This document shows positions 11,799-23,010 of a stretch of 64,000 nucleotides of DNA, piece by piece. Each line of letters opens with the position of its first letter. The stretch's first letter is position 1. Location: NCBI GenBank assembly GCA_038143065.1, contig JAYQLI010000035.1:1696894-1760893 (forward strand), read 5' to 3'. The DNA is from Rhodospirillales bacterium. Lineage in GTDB: Bacteria; Pseudomonadota; Alphaproteobacteria; Bin95. The position numbers were made by a program, and so were the translations under genes. The notes under the pieces were generated by a model. That model was not told the DNA's origin and ran no database searches. It saw only the letters and a program-made list of their open reading frames with translations.

Positions 11799-13597
11799 GC
11801 TGACCCCGCGTGTGTCATCTCAATATAGTGCTTCTGCATATCACAGGCCCCTGTTGGGCATCGTTCAGCGCAGAGGCCACAATGCAAGCAAACGTCCTCA
11901 TCTTTGACCATCACCCTGGCAGTAGGAAGAGGGTCCGAAACATATAGGTCTTGCTCTGTATTAAGCGCAGGCGCCGTAAGCCTTTGACGCACATCTGCCT
12001 CCTCACCATTAGGCGTGAAGGTGATGCAATCCATCGGGCAAATATCAACGCAAGCGTCACACTCTATGCATAAGTTCGTACTGAACACTGTTTGTACGTC
12101 GCAATTTAGACAGCGTTGCGCTTCTTTCCATGCAAGATCAAAATCAAAGCCAAGCTCGACCTCAGCCTTCATGTCGGTGAGGGCTTTAGTTTTTTCGAGG
12201 TGAGGCACTTTAAAACGAGCATCAACAGCGATGTCGTTGTCGTAGCTCCACTCGTGGATACCCATTTTTTGGCTAACGATATCTTGCAGAGGCGCCGGCC
12301 GCTCTTTGATGTCTTCACCTTCCAGCATTTTGTGAATGGAGATGGCTGCATCATGGCCATGAGAAGCGGCCCAAATGATGTTTTCCGGTCCAAAAGCAGC
12401 GTCGCCGCCAAAGAACACCTTTGGATGCGTTGACTGGAAAGTCACACGATCAACAACTGGCATGTCCCAACGGTCATCGAAATCGAGCCCAATATCTCGC
12501 TCAATCCAAGGGAATGAATTTTCCTGACCGATAGCGCAAAGGACATCATCGCACGGATAGAACGGGTCAGGCTCACCAGTTGGCACCAGCTTACGACGGC
12601 CATTCTCGTCATATTCTGCTTTAACCTTTTCGAAGGTCATACCAACGAGCTTTCCATCTTCGATGACAAAGCTTTTTGGTGTTTCATAATTAATAAAGGG
12701 AATATCTTCCACCATCGCGTCATCTTTTTCCCAAGGTGACGCCTTCATCTCATCGAATCCTGAGCGGACTATGACTTTTACGTCTTCTCCGCCAAGCCTA
12801 CGGGCCGTGCGACAGCAGTCCATTGCAGTGTTACCACCGCCCAGCACGATCACGCGCTTGCCAATCTTATCTATGTGACCAAAAGAAACAGATGAAAGAA
12901 AATCAATACCAATTTGGAAATTGGCTTCCGCCTCCTGACGACCTGGGATATCGAGGTCGCGACCGCGAGGAGCCCCAGTGCCCACAAACACCGCGTCCCA
13001 GCCTTCGTCTAGAATTTCTTTTAGACTTTCGATTTTTTTGTGAACAAAATTAATATTTCCAATGCTTGTGATGTAATCCATCTCTTCATCAATGACAGAT
13101 ACGGGCAATCGGAACGCAGGTATTTGGGTTCTGATCATACCCCCCAATTGTGGGTTCTGATCAAAAAGGGTGACCTCATATCCAAGCACGGCCAAATCGC
13201 GAGCCACAGTCAATGAAGCAGGCCCAGCACCGAGACACGCTACTTTTCGGCCATTAGTTTTTGCAGGCGCCTTTGGCATTCGCGGCGTGACGTCATCTTT
13301 ATAATCAGCAGCCACGCGCTTGAGGCGACATATTGCTACTGGCTCTTTCTTTGAGCCTGACAAATCTTCGTCTTCCACTCTGCCTCTACGACAGGCAGGC
13401 TCACAAGGACGGTCACAAGTGCGCCCAAGGATCCCAGGAAACACATTTGATTTCCAATTAATCATGTAGGCATCTGAGTACCGTCCATGAGCAATTAGGC
13501 GAATATACTCCGGCACCGGCGTGTGAGCGGGACATGCCCACTGACAATCGACGACTTTGTGGAAGTAATTTGGATCTGTAATATCTGTAGGCCGCAA
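11783..13597 (-). CDS. GltD-like FAD/NADPH Fe-S oxidoreductase with C-terminal 2x[4Fe-4S] domain (KorC-like)
   Basis: CQWACPAH, GRTCDRPCEPAC, GAGPAS, GGGNTAMD, CIECDACVDICP, CLHCGLCAERCP. Confidence 0.9.
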   Translation of the reverse strand: MRPTDITDPNYFHKVVDCQWACPAHTPVPEYIRLIAHGRYSDAYMINWKSNVFPGILGRTCDRPCEPACRRGRVEDEDLSGSKKEPVAICRLKRVAADYKDDVTPRMPKAPAKTNGRKVACLGAGPASLTVARDLAVLGYEVTLFDQNPQLGGMIRTQIPAFRLPVSVIDEEMDYITSIGNINFVHKKIESLKEILDEGWDAVFVGTGAPRGRDLDIPGRQEAEANFQIGIDFLSSVSFGHIDKIGKRVIVLGGGNTAMDCCRTARRLGGEDVKVIVRSGFDEMKASPWEKDDAMVEDIPFINYETPKSFVIEDGKLVGMTFEKVKAEYDENGRRKLVPTGEPDPFYPCDDVLCAIGQENSFPWIERDIGLDFDDRWDMPVVDRVTFQSTHPKVFFGGDAAFGPENIIWAASHGHDAAISIHKMLEGEDIKERPAPLQDIVSQKMGIHEWSYDNDIAVDARFKVPHLEKTKALTDMKAEVELGFDFDLAWKEAQRCLNCDVQTVFSTNLCIECDACVDICPMDCITFTPNGEEADVRQRLTAPALNTEQDLYVSDPLPTARVMVKDEDVCLHCGLCAERCPTGACDMQKHYIEMTHAGSACQNL

Positions 13598-13616
13598 GGC
13601 CGCACTCCCGAAAGCT

Positions 13617-13660
13617 GGTTAGTGCAACACTAACCGTTTCTTGTTCGTGATACTGGTCAA
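13617..13660. promoter_or_regulatory. Palindrome and FNR/FixK-like box upstream of the oxidoreductase operon
   Basis: GGTTAGTG-caa-CACTAACC at 13617-13635; GTGAT-actg-GTCAA at 13647-13660 (8/10 match to TTGAT-N4-ATCAA). Confidence 0.4.
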
Positions 13661-13859
13661 GTCTAGAGACAAGACCCCTTATCCTAAACCCAATGCCGCT
13701 TAACACGCTAGGCGTCAAGCAATTGAATAGTAAACTTAATGGGGAAATATCACATGTTTTTGCAAAACAATATCAAACTCTCGTAATTCAAGGGCATGAC
13801 ACTCCCGTTCTTGACAGCTACCCTTGGCAAAAGAATCAATTTGCGTTCAGGAGAGAACG

Positions 13860-14969
13860 ATGAAGACACGCGCCGCTGTAGCATTTGAGGCAGGGAAACC
13901 TCTGGAGATTGTGGAGGTCGATTTAGAAGGCCCAAAAGCAGGCGAAGTGCTTATCGAAGTTAAAGCTACAGGCGTTTGCCATACAGATGAATTCACCCTT
14001 TCAGGCGCTGATCCAGAAGGCGCCTTTCCTGCAATCCTAGGCCATGAAGGTGCAGGGGTCGTTATCGAGGTTGGAGCAGGCGTCACAACAGTAGCGCCGG
14101 GCGATCACGTAATTCCCCTTTACACACCCGAATGCAGAACCTGCGAATACTGCCTGAACCCTAAGACAAACCTCTGCCAAGCTATACGAACAACCCAAGG
14201 CGCAGGCGTCATGCCGGATGGATCTTCGCGCTTTTCTTATAAGGGTGAAAAAATCCTCCACTACATGGGGACATCTACATTCTCGAATTATACGGTCCTC
14301 CCAGAGATCGCAGTGGCAAAGGTCCGCAAAGATGCTCCATTCGATAAAATTTGTTACATCGGATGCGGTGTAACGACCGGGCTTGGTGCCGTTATGTTTA
14401 CGGCAAAGGTCGAACCAATGAGCCGAGCTATAGTCTTTGGCCTAGGAGGCATAGGCCTCAATGTCATTCAGGGCTTGAAAATGGTCGGAGCACGTCAAAT
14501 TGTTGGCGTGGATCTGAATGAGTCAAAAGTCCCATTGGCCAGACAATTTGGTATGACTGATTTCGTAAACCCCTCAAAAATCAAAGATGATCTTGTTGGG
14601 CATTTGGTGGAAATTACAGGTGGTGGCGCTGATTACACGTTCGAATGCATCGGTAATGTGGAGGTTATGAGAGCCGCATTGGAAAGCTGCCACAAGGGGT
14701 GGGGCGAAAGCGTTATCATTGGCGTCGCTCCGGCAGGAGCTGAAATCAATACCAGACCATTCCAACTTGTGACCGGCCGAGTTTGGCGAGGGTCAGCCTT
14801 TGGTGGTGCGAGAGGCCGCACGGACGTACCAAAGATCGTTGACCTTTATATGGAAAGTAAAGTCTCTATCGATCCCCTCATTACTCATACAATGCCACTA
14901 GAAGATATCAATAAGGCCTTTGACCTTATGCACGCCGGCGAATCAATACGTAGCGTTGTGATGTACTGA
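13860..14969 (+). CDS. frmA: S-(hydroxymethyl)glutathione dehydrogenase / class III alcohol dehydrogenase
   Basis: ATG at 13860 after a GGAGAG RBS; [42 protein letters not shown]. Confidence 0.95.
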   Translation: MKTRAAVAFEAGKPLEIVEVDLEGPKAGEVLIEVKATGVCHTDEFTLSGADPEGAFPAILGHEGAGVVIEVGAGVTTVAPGDHVIPLYTPECRTCEYCLNPKTNLCQAIRTTQGAGVMPDGSSRFSYKGEKILHYMGTSTFSNYTVLPEIAVAKVRKDAPFDKICYIGCGVTTGLGAVMFTAKVEPMSRAIVFGLGGIGLNVIQGLKMVGARQIVGVDLNESKVPLARQFGMTDFVNPSKIKDDLVGHLVEITGGGADYTFECIGNVEVMRAALESCHKGWGESVIIGVAPAGAEINTRPFQLVTGRVWRGSAFGGARGRTDVPKIVDLYMESKVSIDPLITHTMPLEDINKAFDLMHAGESIRSVVMY

Positions 14970-14986
14970 GGTAAGACTTCGTCTGT

Positions 14987-16162
14987 CTATTCGGAGCGGA
15001 GCCTATCAATCCCCGCGCCATAGGTTGAAGGTGTGATGTCCACCCCAGACGCCCGCTTCTCAAGCCAATAGGCAACGGCGGGCGGAGTAGTAGCAATAGC
15101 GTCTGGAATGCCAAGTTTTATTGCAGCATCCATGGGCCAGTTGGGATTGTGCATTGCTTCGCGGGCTATTGCGATCAGATCTGCCTTGCCATCTTGAAGA
15201 ATGGCTTCAGCCTGGTCAGCATGGACAATAAGCCCAACTGCCATCGACATACATCCGCCATCACGCTTTAAGCGATCGGCGTATGGAACTTGATAGCCGT
15301 AGGTCACGCGACCTGCACTAACCACGGGCGATCCAGTCATTCCGCCAGAAGAGCAGTCGATTACGTCAACGCCAAGTGGTTGCACGGCCTGTGCAACATT
15401 GACTGACTCGTCAGGCCCAAATCCAGCGTTGTCCTCAACTGAAAGGCGAAGGAAAAGCGGCTTTTCTTCAGGCCAGAAACGTCGGGCCTCTTCAACAATT
15501 TCCATCAGAAAGCGCCGTCGATTTTCTTCCGACCCACCATATTCATCATTGCGGGCATTAGCTTGAGGAGAAAGAAATTGATGGATCAAATAACCGTGCG
15601 CACCATGAATTTCCAGAACGTCATAACCTGCTTCATGGCATCGCCTAACACCCTGCCCCCACATTCGAACAAGGTCCTGCACCTCAGACTTAGAAAGCCC
15701 GCGAGGTTCTGGGTCCCTGCCGCTGGCCAGAGATGAAGCTGACACTAGTTCCCACTTATTCCAATCCTGCACACCCTCGGCTTCAGCTGCCTCTTGAGTT
15801 AGCGGAGCACCGCCTTCCCATGGCCTGAAACGACGGGCTTTTCTTCCAGAATGGCCAAGTTGAATTGCTGCAACTGAACCATTTTCTTTTATGACTTTAG
15901 CAAGACGAGCAAGCCCAGGAATGTGTTCGTCCTTCCAAGCTCCCAAGTCACCAATCGTACCGCACCCTCGACGGTCTACCTTAGTTGACTCGACAAAGGT
16001 CAAACCTGCACCGCCTGCAGCATATCGGCCCACATTCATCAAATGCCAGTCCTGAGCGAACCCATCCTTGGCCGCATATTGATGCATAGGAGCAATTACG
16101 ACGCGATTTTTTAGCTCAACGCCACGAATAGAAATTGGCTGAAACAACATAGGAAGTGACAT
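14987..16162 (-). CDS. NADH:flavin oxidoreductase (Old Yellow Enzyme family)
   Basis: LKNRVVIAPM, IQLGHSGRK, EIHGAHGYLIHQFLSP..N.R.DEYGGS. Confidence 0.92.
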   Translation of the reverse strand: MSLPMLFQPISIRGVELKNRVVIAPMHQYAAKDGFAQDWHLMNVGRYAAGGAGLTFVESTKVDRRGCGTIGDLGAWKDEHIPGLARLAKVIKENGSVAAIQLGHSGRKARRFRPWEGGAPLTQEAAEAEGVQDWNKWELVSASSLASGRDPEPRGLSKSEVQDLVRMWGQGVRRCHEAGYDVLEIHGAHGYLIHQFLSPQANARNDEYGGSEENRRRFLMEIVEEARRFWPEEKPLFLRLSVEDNAGFGPDESVNVAQAVQPLGVDVIDCSSGGMTGSPVVSAGRVTYGYQVPYADRLKRDGGCMSMAVGLIVHADQAEAILQDGKADLIAIAREAMHNPNWPMDAAIKLGIPDAIATTPPAVAYWLEKRASGVDITPSTYGAGIDRLRSE

Positions 16163-16167
16163 TGAAC

Positions 16168-17046
16168 TTAGTCTCCTCGAGCGGAAGCCTGTCCTTGAAC
16201 AGTGAAGAAAGAAGCCGATTTAGGCTGCTCTGGCAGCTCAAGAATTGCGGGTGAAAGTCTGGCATTGCGCTTCTTAACACCACGAACAATCCGGCCCTCG
16301 TTTTCGTTGGGCATCGGGTTCCGAGCTATCGGCACAGCATCGGCTGCTGTGTACACGCAAATGTAAAGACCACGAGGGTTTACTGAAAGACTTGGGTCGG
16401 ATCCGTGAGCAAGTCGCGTGTGCATCAAACACACACTACCCGCCTTTCCAGTTACAGGCACATCCCTTGCCTTCATGGATGAAGTCACATCATCGGTCAT
16501 TCGACCTGTAAAGACGTCCCCCTCAAAAAGCGAATACAAAGGGCCTTTGTGGCTCCCAGGAACGACCTTAAGACAGCCATTTGTCTCCTCTACGTCGTCT
16601 AGCATAAGAAGGGCCGTTACGATGTCATCATTGGTGTGCGGCGTGAATAAGAAATCCTGATGATAGTGGACCTCTGTCGCAGCTCCAGGAAGCTTTTGAT
16701 TAATTTTACAATGATGAAACTTAACATCAGGCCCAATTAAGTCTGCCACCATATCTGTCATGGCAGAATTTTCCATGACATCCCTGAAAGGAGAATAGAT
16801 ATCCGATGGGTTGTTAATACGACGGAGTGCTGGCTTCTCAGCCGAATGCTCCGTACCCATGTCAAAGCGTGGACGCCCATCAATGGTTGGTGGACCATAC
16901 GGTTTTGAGTGAGAGCGGCTCTCCTCTGTCCATTCCGCCATTAGGCTTCGCATCGCAGCAAGTTGGTCTGCCGTGACGGCATTTTCAACAACAAGGCAAC
17001 CGTCCCGCCAAAACTCTTTCTTCTGATTTGCGCTTAGCACCATCAA
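16168..17046 (-). CDS. Phytanoyl-CoA dioxygenase (PhyH) family Fe(II)/2-oxoglutarate dioxygenase
   Basis: HQD iron ligands, NGCLKVVPGSHK, distal HGS...R. Confidence 0.88.
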   Translation of the reverse strand: MMVLSANQKKEFWRDGCLVVENAVTADQLAAMRSLMAEWTEESRSHSKPYGPPTIDGRPRFDMGTEHSAEKPALRRINNPSDIYSPFRDVMENSAMTDMVADLIGPDVKFHHCKINQKLPGAATEVHYHQDFLFTPHTNDDIVTALLMLDDVEETNGCLKVVPGSHKGPLYSLFEGDVFTGRMTDDVTSSMKARDVPVTGKAGSVCLMHTRLAHGSDPSLSVNPRGLYICVYTAADAVPIARNPMPNENEGRIVRGVKKRNARLSPAILELPEQPKSASFFTVQGQASARGD

Positions 17047-17939
17047 GATTTTACCTTCTGCCTCGCAGCAATAGCGTCAGCAAAAGAGAGAATGGCCCTC
17101 ATCCGGTCAGCAACAGGTACATCTACCATTTTGCCACGAACCGTGATTGCCCCTTCCCCTCTAGCTAGGGCCGCATCGTAAGCATCGACTATTTCACGAG
17201 CTTCTTCGACCTCTTCATCGCTAGGCCCAAAGACCTCATTTGCCACCTTAACCTGATTAGGATGGATGCAAGATGCCCCTCTAAATCCAGCTCGCTTAGA
17301 GAGACGCATCATCTCATAAAGTTTATCGATGTCTCTAAATTCAGCGATGGAGCCAATAAAGCCCATTGGAGCTACTCCGGCAGCCCTGGCGCAAGCAACG
17401 ATGTGCTGCTTGAAGGACAGCAACATATCGCTGTCCGTTGTTGATCCCATCGAAAGTGCAAAATCTTCTGAGCCCAATGAAACCGACATAACACGAGGGC
17501 TAGCCGTCGGAATATCGCGAGCATTTAAATAACCCTCAGCCGTTTCTATCAGTGGGCAAAGGAAGGTAGAGCCAACTGGCATACCCTTTTCCGCTTCAAT
17601 TTCTGAGACCACATTTGCCACTTCAGAAACGTGAGCGCCCGTATCAGTCATTGGCAAAAGAAGGGCCACGACATTGGGAGAAACAGACGCCTCAATATCG
17701 CGTGCCGCCAGCCGCCAGGGTCTATTAATCCGAACCGTCACATCAAGTCCTAGACCAGCAAGATGCGCCGCAACATCACCCAGCGCATCGCGAGCACGAT
17801 CCTTTTCGGATGCTGCAATAGAGTCTTCTAGGTCAAGAATAACAGCATCAGCGCCGACACCCGGCGCCTTCTCTACAAATTTCTGATTTAATGTCGGCAC
17901 GAACATCATTGAGCGCCACACTGGCGGTGTGAAAGTCAT
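17043..17939 (-). CDS. CitE / HpcH-HpaI family acyl-CoA lyase
   Basis: RSMMFVP, ADAVILDLEDS, IETAEG, LGSEDF, CIHPNQV, GKMVDVP. Confidence 0.88.
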   Translation of the reverse strand: MTFTPPVWRSMMFVPTLNQKFVEKAPGVGADAVILDLEDSIAASEKDRARDALGDVAAHLAGLGLDVTVRINRPWRLAARDIEASVSPNVVALLLPMTDTGAHVSEVANVVSEIEAEKGMPVGSTFLCPLIETAEGYLNARDIPTASPRVMSVSLGSEDFALSMGSTTDSDMLLSFKQHIVACARAAGVAPMGFIGSIAEFRDIDKLYEMMRLSKRAGFRGASCIHPNQVKVANEVFGPSDEEVEEAREIVDAYDAALARGEGAITVRGKMVDVPVADRMRAILSFADAIAARQKVKS

Positions 17940-17951
17940 CTCAGTTACTCC

Positions 17952-18705
17952 TTAGTGCCCCTGGAAGTTTGGCTTGCGTTTTTCACGGAAGGCTCTGCCG
18001 CCTTCCTGCTGATCTTCAGAACGCGAGATTGCAAGCAACTCATTTCTGGCAAGTCCTGCAAGCTCAGAAGGTCCCCTTGCAACAACAACGTCGCGAGTAA
18101 AGCGCTTCAGCGCACGAACAACGAGGGGAGCTGAGTCAGCAAGGATACGAGCATACTCATGGGCCGCAGCGATATGCTCACCCTTTGGAGTTACCTTATT
18201 CACTAGTCCAACTTCATATGCGCGTTGAGCTTTGTAATGGACACCCGTCAGCATGAATTCCATTGCGTGTTTGTGATTTATTCGAGCGGCAAGACCAGCG
18301 ATTAAGCCGCCACAAAAACCAATTTTGAGCCTCTGGATAAAAGAAGTCTGCCGTCTCATCAGCAATTGCCAGATCTGCAAATTCAACAAGGCAAAAAGCA
18401 CCTCCAACACAGTATCCATGCACAGCAGCAATTACGGGCTTGTCCAGCATCACACCAACGCCAGGCATACATTCCCAAAGCTCAGGATCACGGGGAGGGT
18501 CTTTAAGGTCAGCTCCAACTGAAAAGGCCCTATCACCGGCAGAAGTCAGCACTGCGACGCGATCATCACTATCCTGTAAACGCTGGAAGGCCTGCCGCAA
18601 CTCGGCCACTAACCCATTTGAAAGCGCATTCATTTTTTCAGGACGGTTTAACGTAATCGTGGCGACATGGTCTTGGGACGTATATGTGACGACAGGTTCA
18701 GACAT
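17952..18705 (-). CDS. Enoyl-CoA hydratase/isomerase, frameshifted near 18325
   Basis: ITLNRPEKMNAL, AFSVGADL, KPVIAAVHGYCVGG in ORF 18214-18705; GLVNKV...SEDQQEGGRAFREKRKP in ORF 17952-18431. Confidence 0.88.
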
Positions 18706-18863
18706 AGTTGGATTTTCCTAGAATCAAGCAATATTCAAAATCAGAACTCATAGAACAGCGTCGATGCAGTGCGCGCAAGACAGGCTCAGCACATTGACGC
18801 AAGAAAGCTCAATATTTTTCAGCGAGACCTTTGCAGTCGCAGCATCTGCGAAAAATAATCACC

Positions 18864-19718
18864 TCAAGATGTAACGGCCTCACCTTCGACGGTGATGCGG
18901 TGCATTAGGCGGCGCTCACCGTGATAATCATTTAAGGCCATGTGCCAGGTTGCACGGTTATCCCAAAATGCAACTGATCCTTTTGACCACTGAAAACGGT
19001 ACGTGAATTCTTGCCTCGCCGCGTGCGCATACAGTGTCTCTAGAAGCGGCTTAGACTCTTCATCAGTCCACCCTTCAAAGCGAAGAGTAAATCCTGGATT
19101 GACGTAGAGAGCTCTCTTGCCGCTTATCGGGTGACGGATCACGACAGGATGCACGGCGTCCTGCTGAGCCGCCTTTTCATTGCCAAGTCGGCCACCAAGG
19201 TCCTCACCACGCTCTTTGTAACGAGCCGACTTACCAAAAACATGTCGACTGGAATGAACAGCTTTCAAGTCCTCAAGCATTTCCTTCAAACCATCTGAAA
19301 GCGCTTCGTAAGCTGCAAATTGGGAGGAAAATATCGTGTCGCCGCCCATGCTGGGGGTTTCCCTTGCAACCAAAATCGAACCAAGGGCAGGAATTTGGTC
19401 GTAAGAATGATCCGTGTGCCAGCCACCTCCAATGTTGGCTTTTTGATCAGGCTCTTTCCGAACTTCCGCAATTTGGGGCCACCCATCCACATGCGCGAAG
19501 AAGCGATTGATGTTCACACCGCCAAATTTTTCGGCAAGCGCAATATGATGCGAAGGCTCCATATTTTGTTCACGAAAAAATAGGACGCCATGCTCGCCTA
19601 GAGCCGTTCTTAGCTCTGCAATTGCATCAGCAGAAAGGTCCTCGCCTAGATTGATCCCATCAACAAACGCTCCGCAATTGGGGCTAGCCTTGCTCACGTT
19701 AAAATTCATAAGGCTCAT
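18864..19718 (-). CDS. TauD/TfdA family dioxygenase
   Basis: WHTDHSY, GGDTIF, HPVVIRHP, FWDNRATWH...RLMHR. Confidence 0.92.
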   Translation of the reverse strand: MSLMNFNVSKASPNCGAFVDGINLGEDLSADAIAELRTALGEHGVLFFREQNMEPSHHIALAEKFGGVNINRFFAHVDGWPQIAEVRKEPDQKANIGGGWHTDHSYDQIPALGSILVARETPSMGGDTIFSSQFAAYEALSDGLKEMLEDLKAVHSSRHVFGKSARYKERGEDLGGRLGNEKAAQQDAVHPVVIRHPISGKRALYVNPGFTLRFEGWTDEESKPLLETLYAHAARQEFTYRFQWSKGSVAFWDNRATWHMALNDYHGERRLMHRITVEGEAVTS

Positions 19719-19759
19719 AAAAACACTCCAAACTTAGACTGCTGCCAAGGTCTCCCGCG

Positions 19760-21700
19760 TTAGCTGCGGTTCTGACGGTTCTCTACTAGATCCTCAACCA
19801 CAGCAGGGTCAGCCAAGGTTGATGTATCGCCAAGATTTCCAAAATCATCTTCTGCAATCTTGCGCAGTATGCGGCGCATGATTTTTCCTGAACGTGTCTT
19901 TGGCAGACCCGGCGCCCATTGGAGCCAATCCGGAGAAGCAATAGGACCAATTTCCTTACGAACCCACTGAACAAGCTCCTTTTTGAGGTCGTCTGATGGG
20001 TCTTCTCCGAGATTGAGGGTGACGTAGGCATAAATACCTTGCCCCTTAATATCGTGCGGCGCGCCAACTACGGCGGACTCTGCAACTTTTGGGTGAGCGA
20101 CTAAGGCAGACTCAACTTCTGCCGTGCCCATTCTGTGGCCAGACACATTTATTACGTCATCCACCCGACCAGTAATCCAGTAATACCCGTCTGCATCTCT
20201 CCGGGCCCCATCACCAGTGAAATATCTTCCCGGGTATGTTGAAAAATATGTATCTACAAAGCGCTGGTGGTCTCCATAAACCGTTCGCATCTGACCAGGC
20301 CAGCTCTCAGCGATACAAAGATTACCTTCGCAAGCGCCCTCCAGTAGCTTGCCTTCAGCATCGACCATAACAGGCTTCACGCCAAAGAATGGGAGGGTTG
20401 CTGAACCGGGCTTTAGGGCCGTAGCCCCGGGGAGTGGCGTGATCAAGATGCCACCAGTTTCGGTTTGCCACCATGTATCAACTATGGGGCACCGACCGTC
20501 ACCGACCACATTGTGATACCATAGCCACGCTTCCGGGTTTATGGGCTCACCAACAGACCCAAGCAGTCGTAAACTTTTGCGGCTTGCTGCTTTTACTGGC
20601 CCCTCTCCCTCTCTCATAAGAGCGCGAATTGCTGTCGGTGCAGTATAAAAAATTGACACGTTATGTTTGTCGCAGACCTGCCAAAAGCGGCTGGAGTCTG
20701 GATAATTTGGAACGCCCTCAAACATCAATGTCGTGGCACCATTAGCCAGTGGCCCATACACAATGTAGCTATGACCGGTTACCCAACCAACATCAGCCGT
20801 ACACCAGTAAATTTCGCCTGGCTTGTAGTCGAACACATACTCGTGGGTCATAGAGGCATACACAATGTAGCCGCCAGATGTGTGCAATACGCCTTTGGGT
20901 TTACCAGTGGAGCCGGAGGTGTAGAGGATGAAAAGCGGATCTTCCGCACTCATCTCTTCGGGCTCACAAGTTGCAGGCTGGTCAGCGCAGATTTCATGAT
21001 GCCAAACATCACGGCCACTGGTCATGTTAATGTCACCGCCAGTACGCTTTACAACAATGACCGTATCCACACTGTCGCAATGCTCCAAGGAAGCATCGAC
21101 ATTCGCCTTTAGAGGCACCTTACGCCCCCCACGCAAGCCCTCATCAGCGGTAATGACAAGCCTGCACTTCGAATCATCAATTCGCTGAGCAAGGCTATCC
21201 GGCGAAAATCCGCCAAAAACGATGGAATGCACTGCTCCAATTCGCGCACAAGCAAGCATGGCATAAGCAGCTTCAGGGACCATCGGCATGTAAATGCAAA
21301 CCCTGTCACCCTTTTGCACGCCCCGAGCCTTCATTGCATTGGCTAGACGGCATGTCTCGTCGTGCAGTTCCTGATAGGTAATTTTTTTATCGTCTTTGGG
21401 ATCATCGCCTTCCCAAACAATAGCGACCTGACTTGCTTTATCCTTTAAGTGTCTATCAATGCAGTTGGCAGACACGTTGAGCGTGCCATCCTCAAACCAT
21501 TTAATTGACAGGTTATCTTTGTCGTAGCTGACGTTTTTCACTTTTGTAAAAGGCTTAATCCAATCAACGCGCTTTCCGTGTTCGGCCCAAAAACCTTCAG
21601 GATCGTCGATGGAGCGTTTGTACATTTCAGCGTATTTTGCAGCATCAATATGCGCGGAGGCTGCAACCTCCGGCCGCGGCTGGAAAAGTTCGTCAGACAT
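19760..21700 (-). CDS. acs: Acetyl-CoA synthetase
   Basis: [33 protein letters not shown]; start taken at MSDELFQP (21700). Confidence 0.96.
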   Translation of the reverse strand: MSDELFQPRPEVAASAHIDAAKYAEMYKRSIDDPEGFWAEHGKRVDWIKPFTKVKNVSYDKDNLSIKWFEDGTLNVSANCIDRHLKDKASQVAIVWEGDDPKDDKKITYQELHDETCRLANAMKARGVQKGDRVCIYMPMVPEAAYAMLACARIGAVHSIVFGGFSPDSLAQRIDDSKCRLVITADEGLRGGRKVPLKANVDASLEHCDSVDTVIVVKRTGGDINMTSGRDVWHHEICADQPATCEPEEMSAEDPLFILYTSGSTGKPKGVLHTSGGYIVYASMTHEYVFDYKPGEIYWCTADVGWVTGHSYIVYGPLANGATTLMFEGVPNYPDSSRFWQVCDKHNVSIFYTAPTAIRALMREGEGPVKAASRKSLRLLGSVGEPINPEAWLWYHNVVGDGRCPIVDTWWQTETGGILITPLPGATALKPGSATLPFFGVKPVMVDAEGKLLEGACEGNLCIAESWPGQMRTVYGDHQRFVDTYFSTYPGRYFTGDGARRDADGYYWITGRVDDVINVSGHRMGTAEVESALVAHPKVAESAVVGAPHDIKGQGIYAYVTLNLGEDPSDDLKKELVQWVRKEIGPIASPDWLQWAPGLPKTRSGKIMRRILRKIAEDDFGNLGDTSTLADPAVVEDLVENRQNRS

Positions 21701-21877
21701 GATCGGTTCCATCCCTAAAATTATTCTTTCTTGAACACCAATAAATCCCGAGATGGTTTTGGTTTCAAGCAATTCGAAAAATAGTGCCGCTTTAGGTAGG
21801 GAAAGTCACTCCATCGATAAGAGTTTTATTATTTTAAAATATCGCCCTGTTTTTTCTCTAAACGAGAATCAAAACCC

Positions 21878-23005
21878 TTAAAAAGAGCAAACGTGGCCTG
21901 CCGCAATCATGGCCTTAAGTGTTGGAACCGGTCCATCTTCAGACAAAACTATCACATCTGCTCTCTGGCCTGACGCAATCCTACCCCTATCGCTGAGACC
22001 AAGAGCATCTGCAGCATGAGTAGAAACCAGCCCCCAACCCTCATGAAGAGGTATTTTGCCTTGGCTTGCTAAAATGAAGGGCGCATTCAACAAAGCAGGA
22101 TAATAATAGTCGCTCGCCAGCACATCACATAAACCCTTTGCCACCGCATCCGCGGCAGATTGAAGTCCTGTATGACTACCGCCACGCACAACATTCGGAG
22201 CCCCAGTACTATTGGATCCCCCAGCACTTTTGCTGCAGCAGCGGTGACATCTCCCATTGGGAATTCTGCGATATGACAACCAAGCTTGTGAAAATGCTGC
22301 CTGGTCTCTTCGTTAGCATCGTCGTGAGACAACATGGGGACACCTGCGTTTCGAGCAGCTTTTGCCAAATGCTCAATACCAGCTGCTTGCCCCTCATCCG
22401 CATCCCTTGCAACTCTCTCAAATAATGAAAGAAAGTCATCTAAGTTCATGCCAGATCGGCCAGCGTACACGCCCATTTTATCGGGGCTTTTTCTGTATCG
22501 GCGTATGTGAGGCAGATGGTCGTTAAAAGCGAGTGCATCTATACGTCCCTCCGCAATCCAGCCTGCCGTTTCCTCCACCATTCCAACATTTGCGGTTTCA
22601 AAGCGGAGGTGAAGACGAACATCAGAGGTATAGTGTGGCTTTAACCCCTCATGCACGCGCATAAATTCACGAAAGGCATCGGCGCTGCGAAGGCGGTTCC
22701 CATGAAAGCGTCACGCCGTGGTAGGCCGTTGTTATACCATTCGCGACGAGCTGCTTGTCCGTTTCCATCAAAGCAATATCGAGGGGAAAATGAACGCCCG
22801 GCCTTGGCATTAATTGGCGCTCGAATGCGTCACCATGAATATCAATGAGACCAGGTAAGACATACGCCCCACGCGCATCGATACGTTGACGCGTGGAATT
22901 AACGGTAGACCCAACGCTTGCAATTACACCGTCTTCAATGGCGACGCTAACGTCCTCAAAACCATCCGGCGTCAGCACACGACCATTCTCAATTAATACA
23001 TCCAT
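21878..23005 (-). CDS. phnM: PhnM-like metallohydrolase (ribose 1-methylphosphonate 5-triphosphate diphosphatase family), two frameshifts (~22695, ~22200)
   Basis: LPGLIDIHGDAFERQLMPRPG, NGITTAYH, AFNDH, SHDD, AEFP, GAPNVVRGGSH, LASDYY across three ORFs. Confidence 0.82.
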
Positions 23006-23010
23006 ATTCC

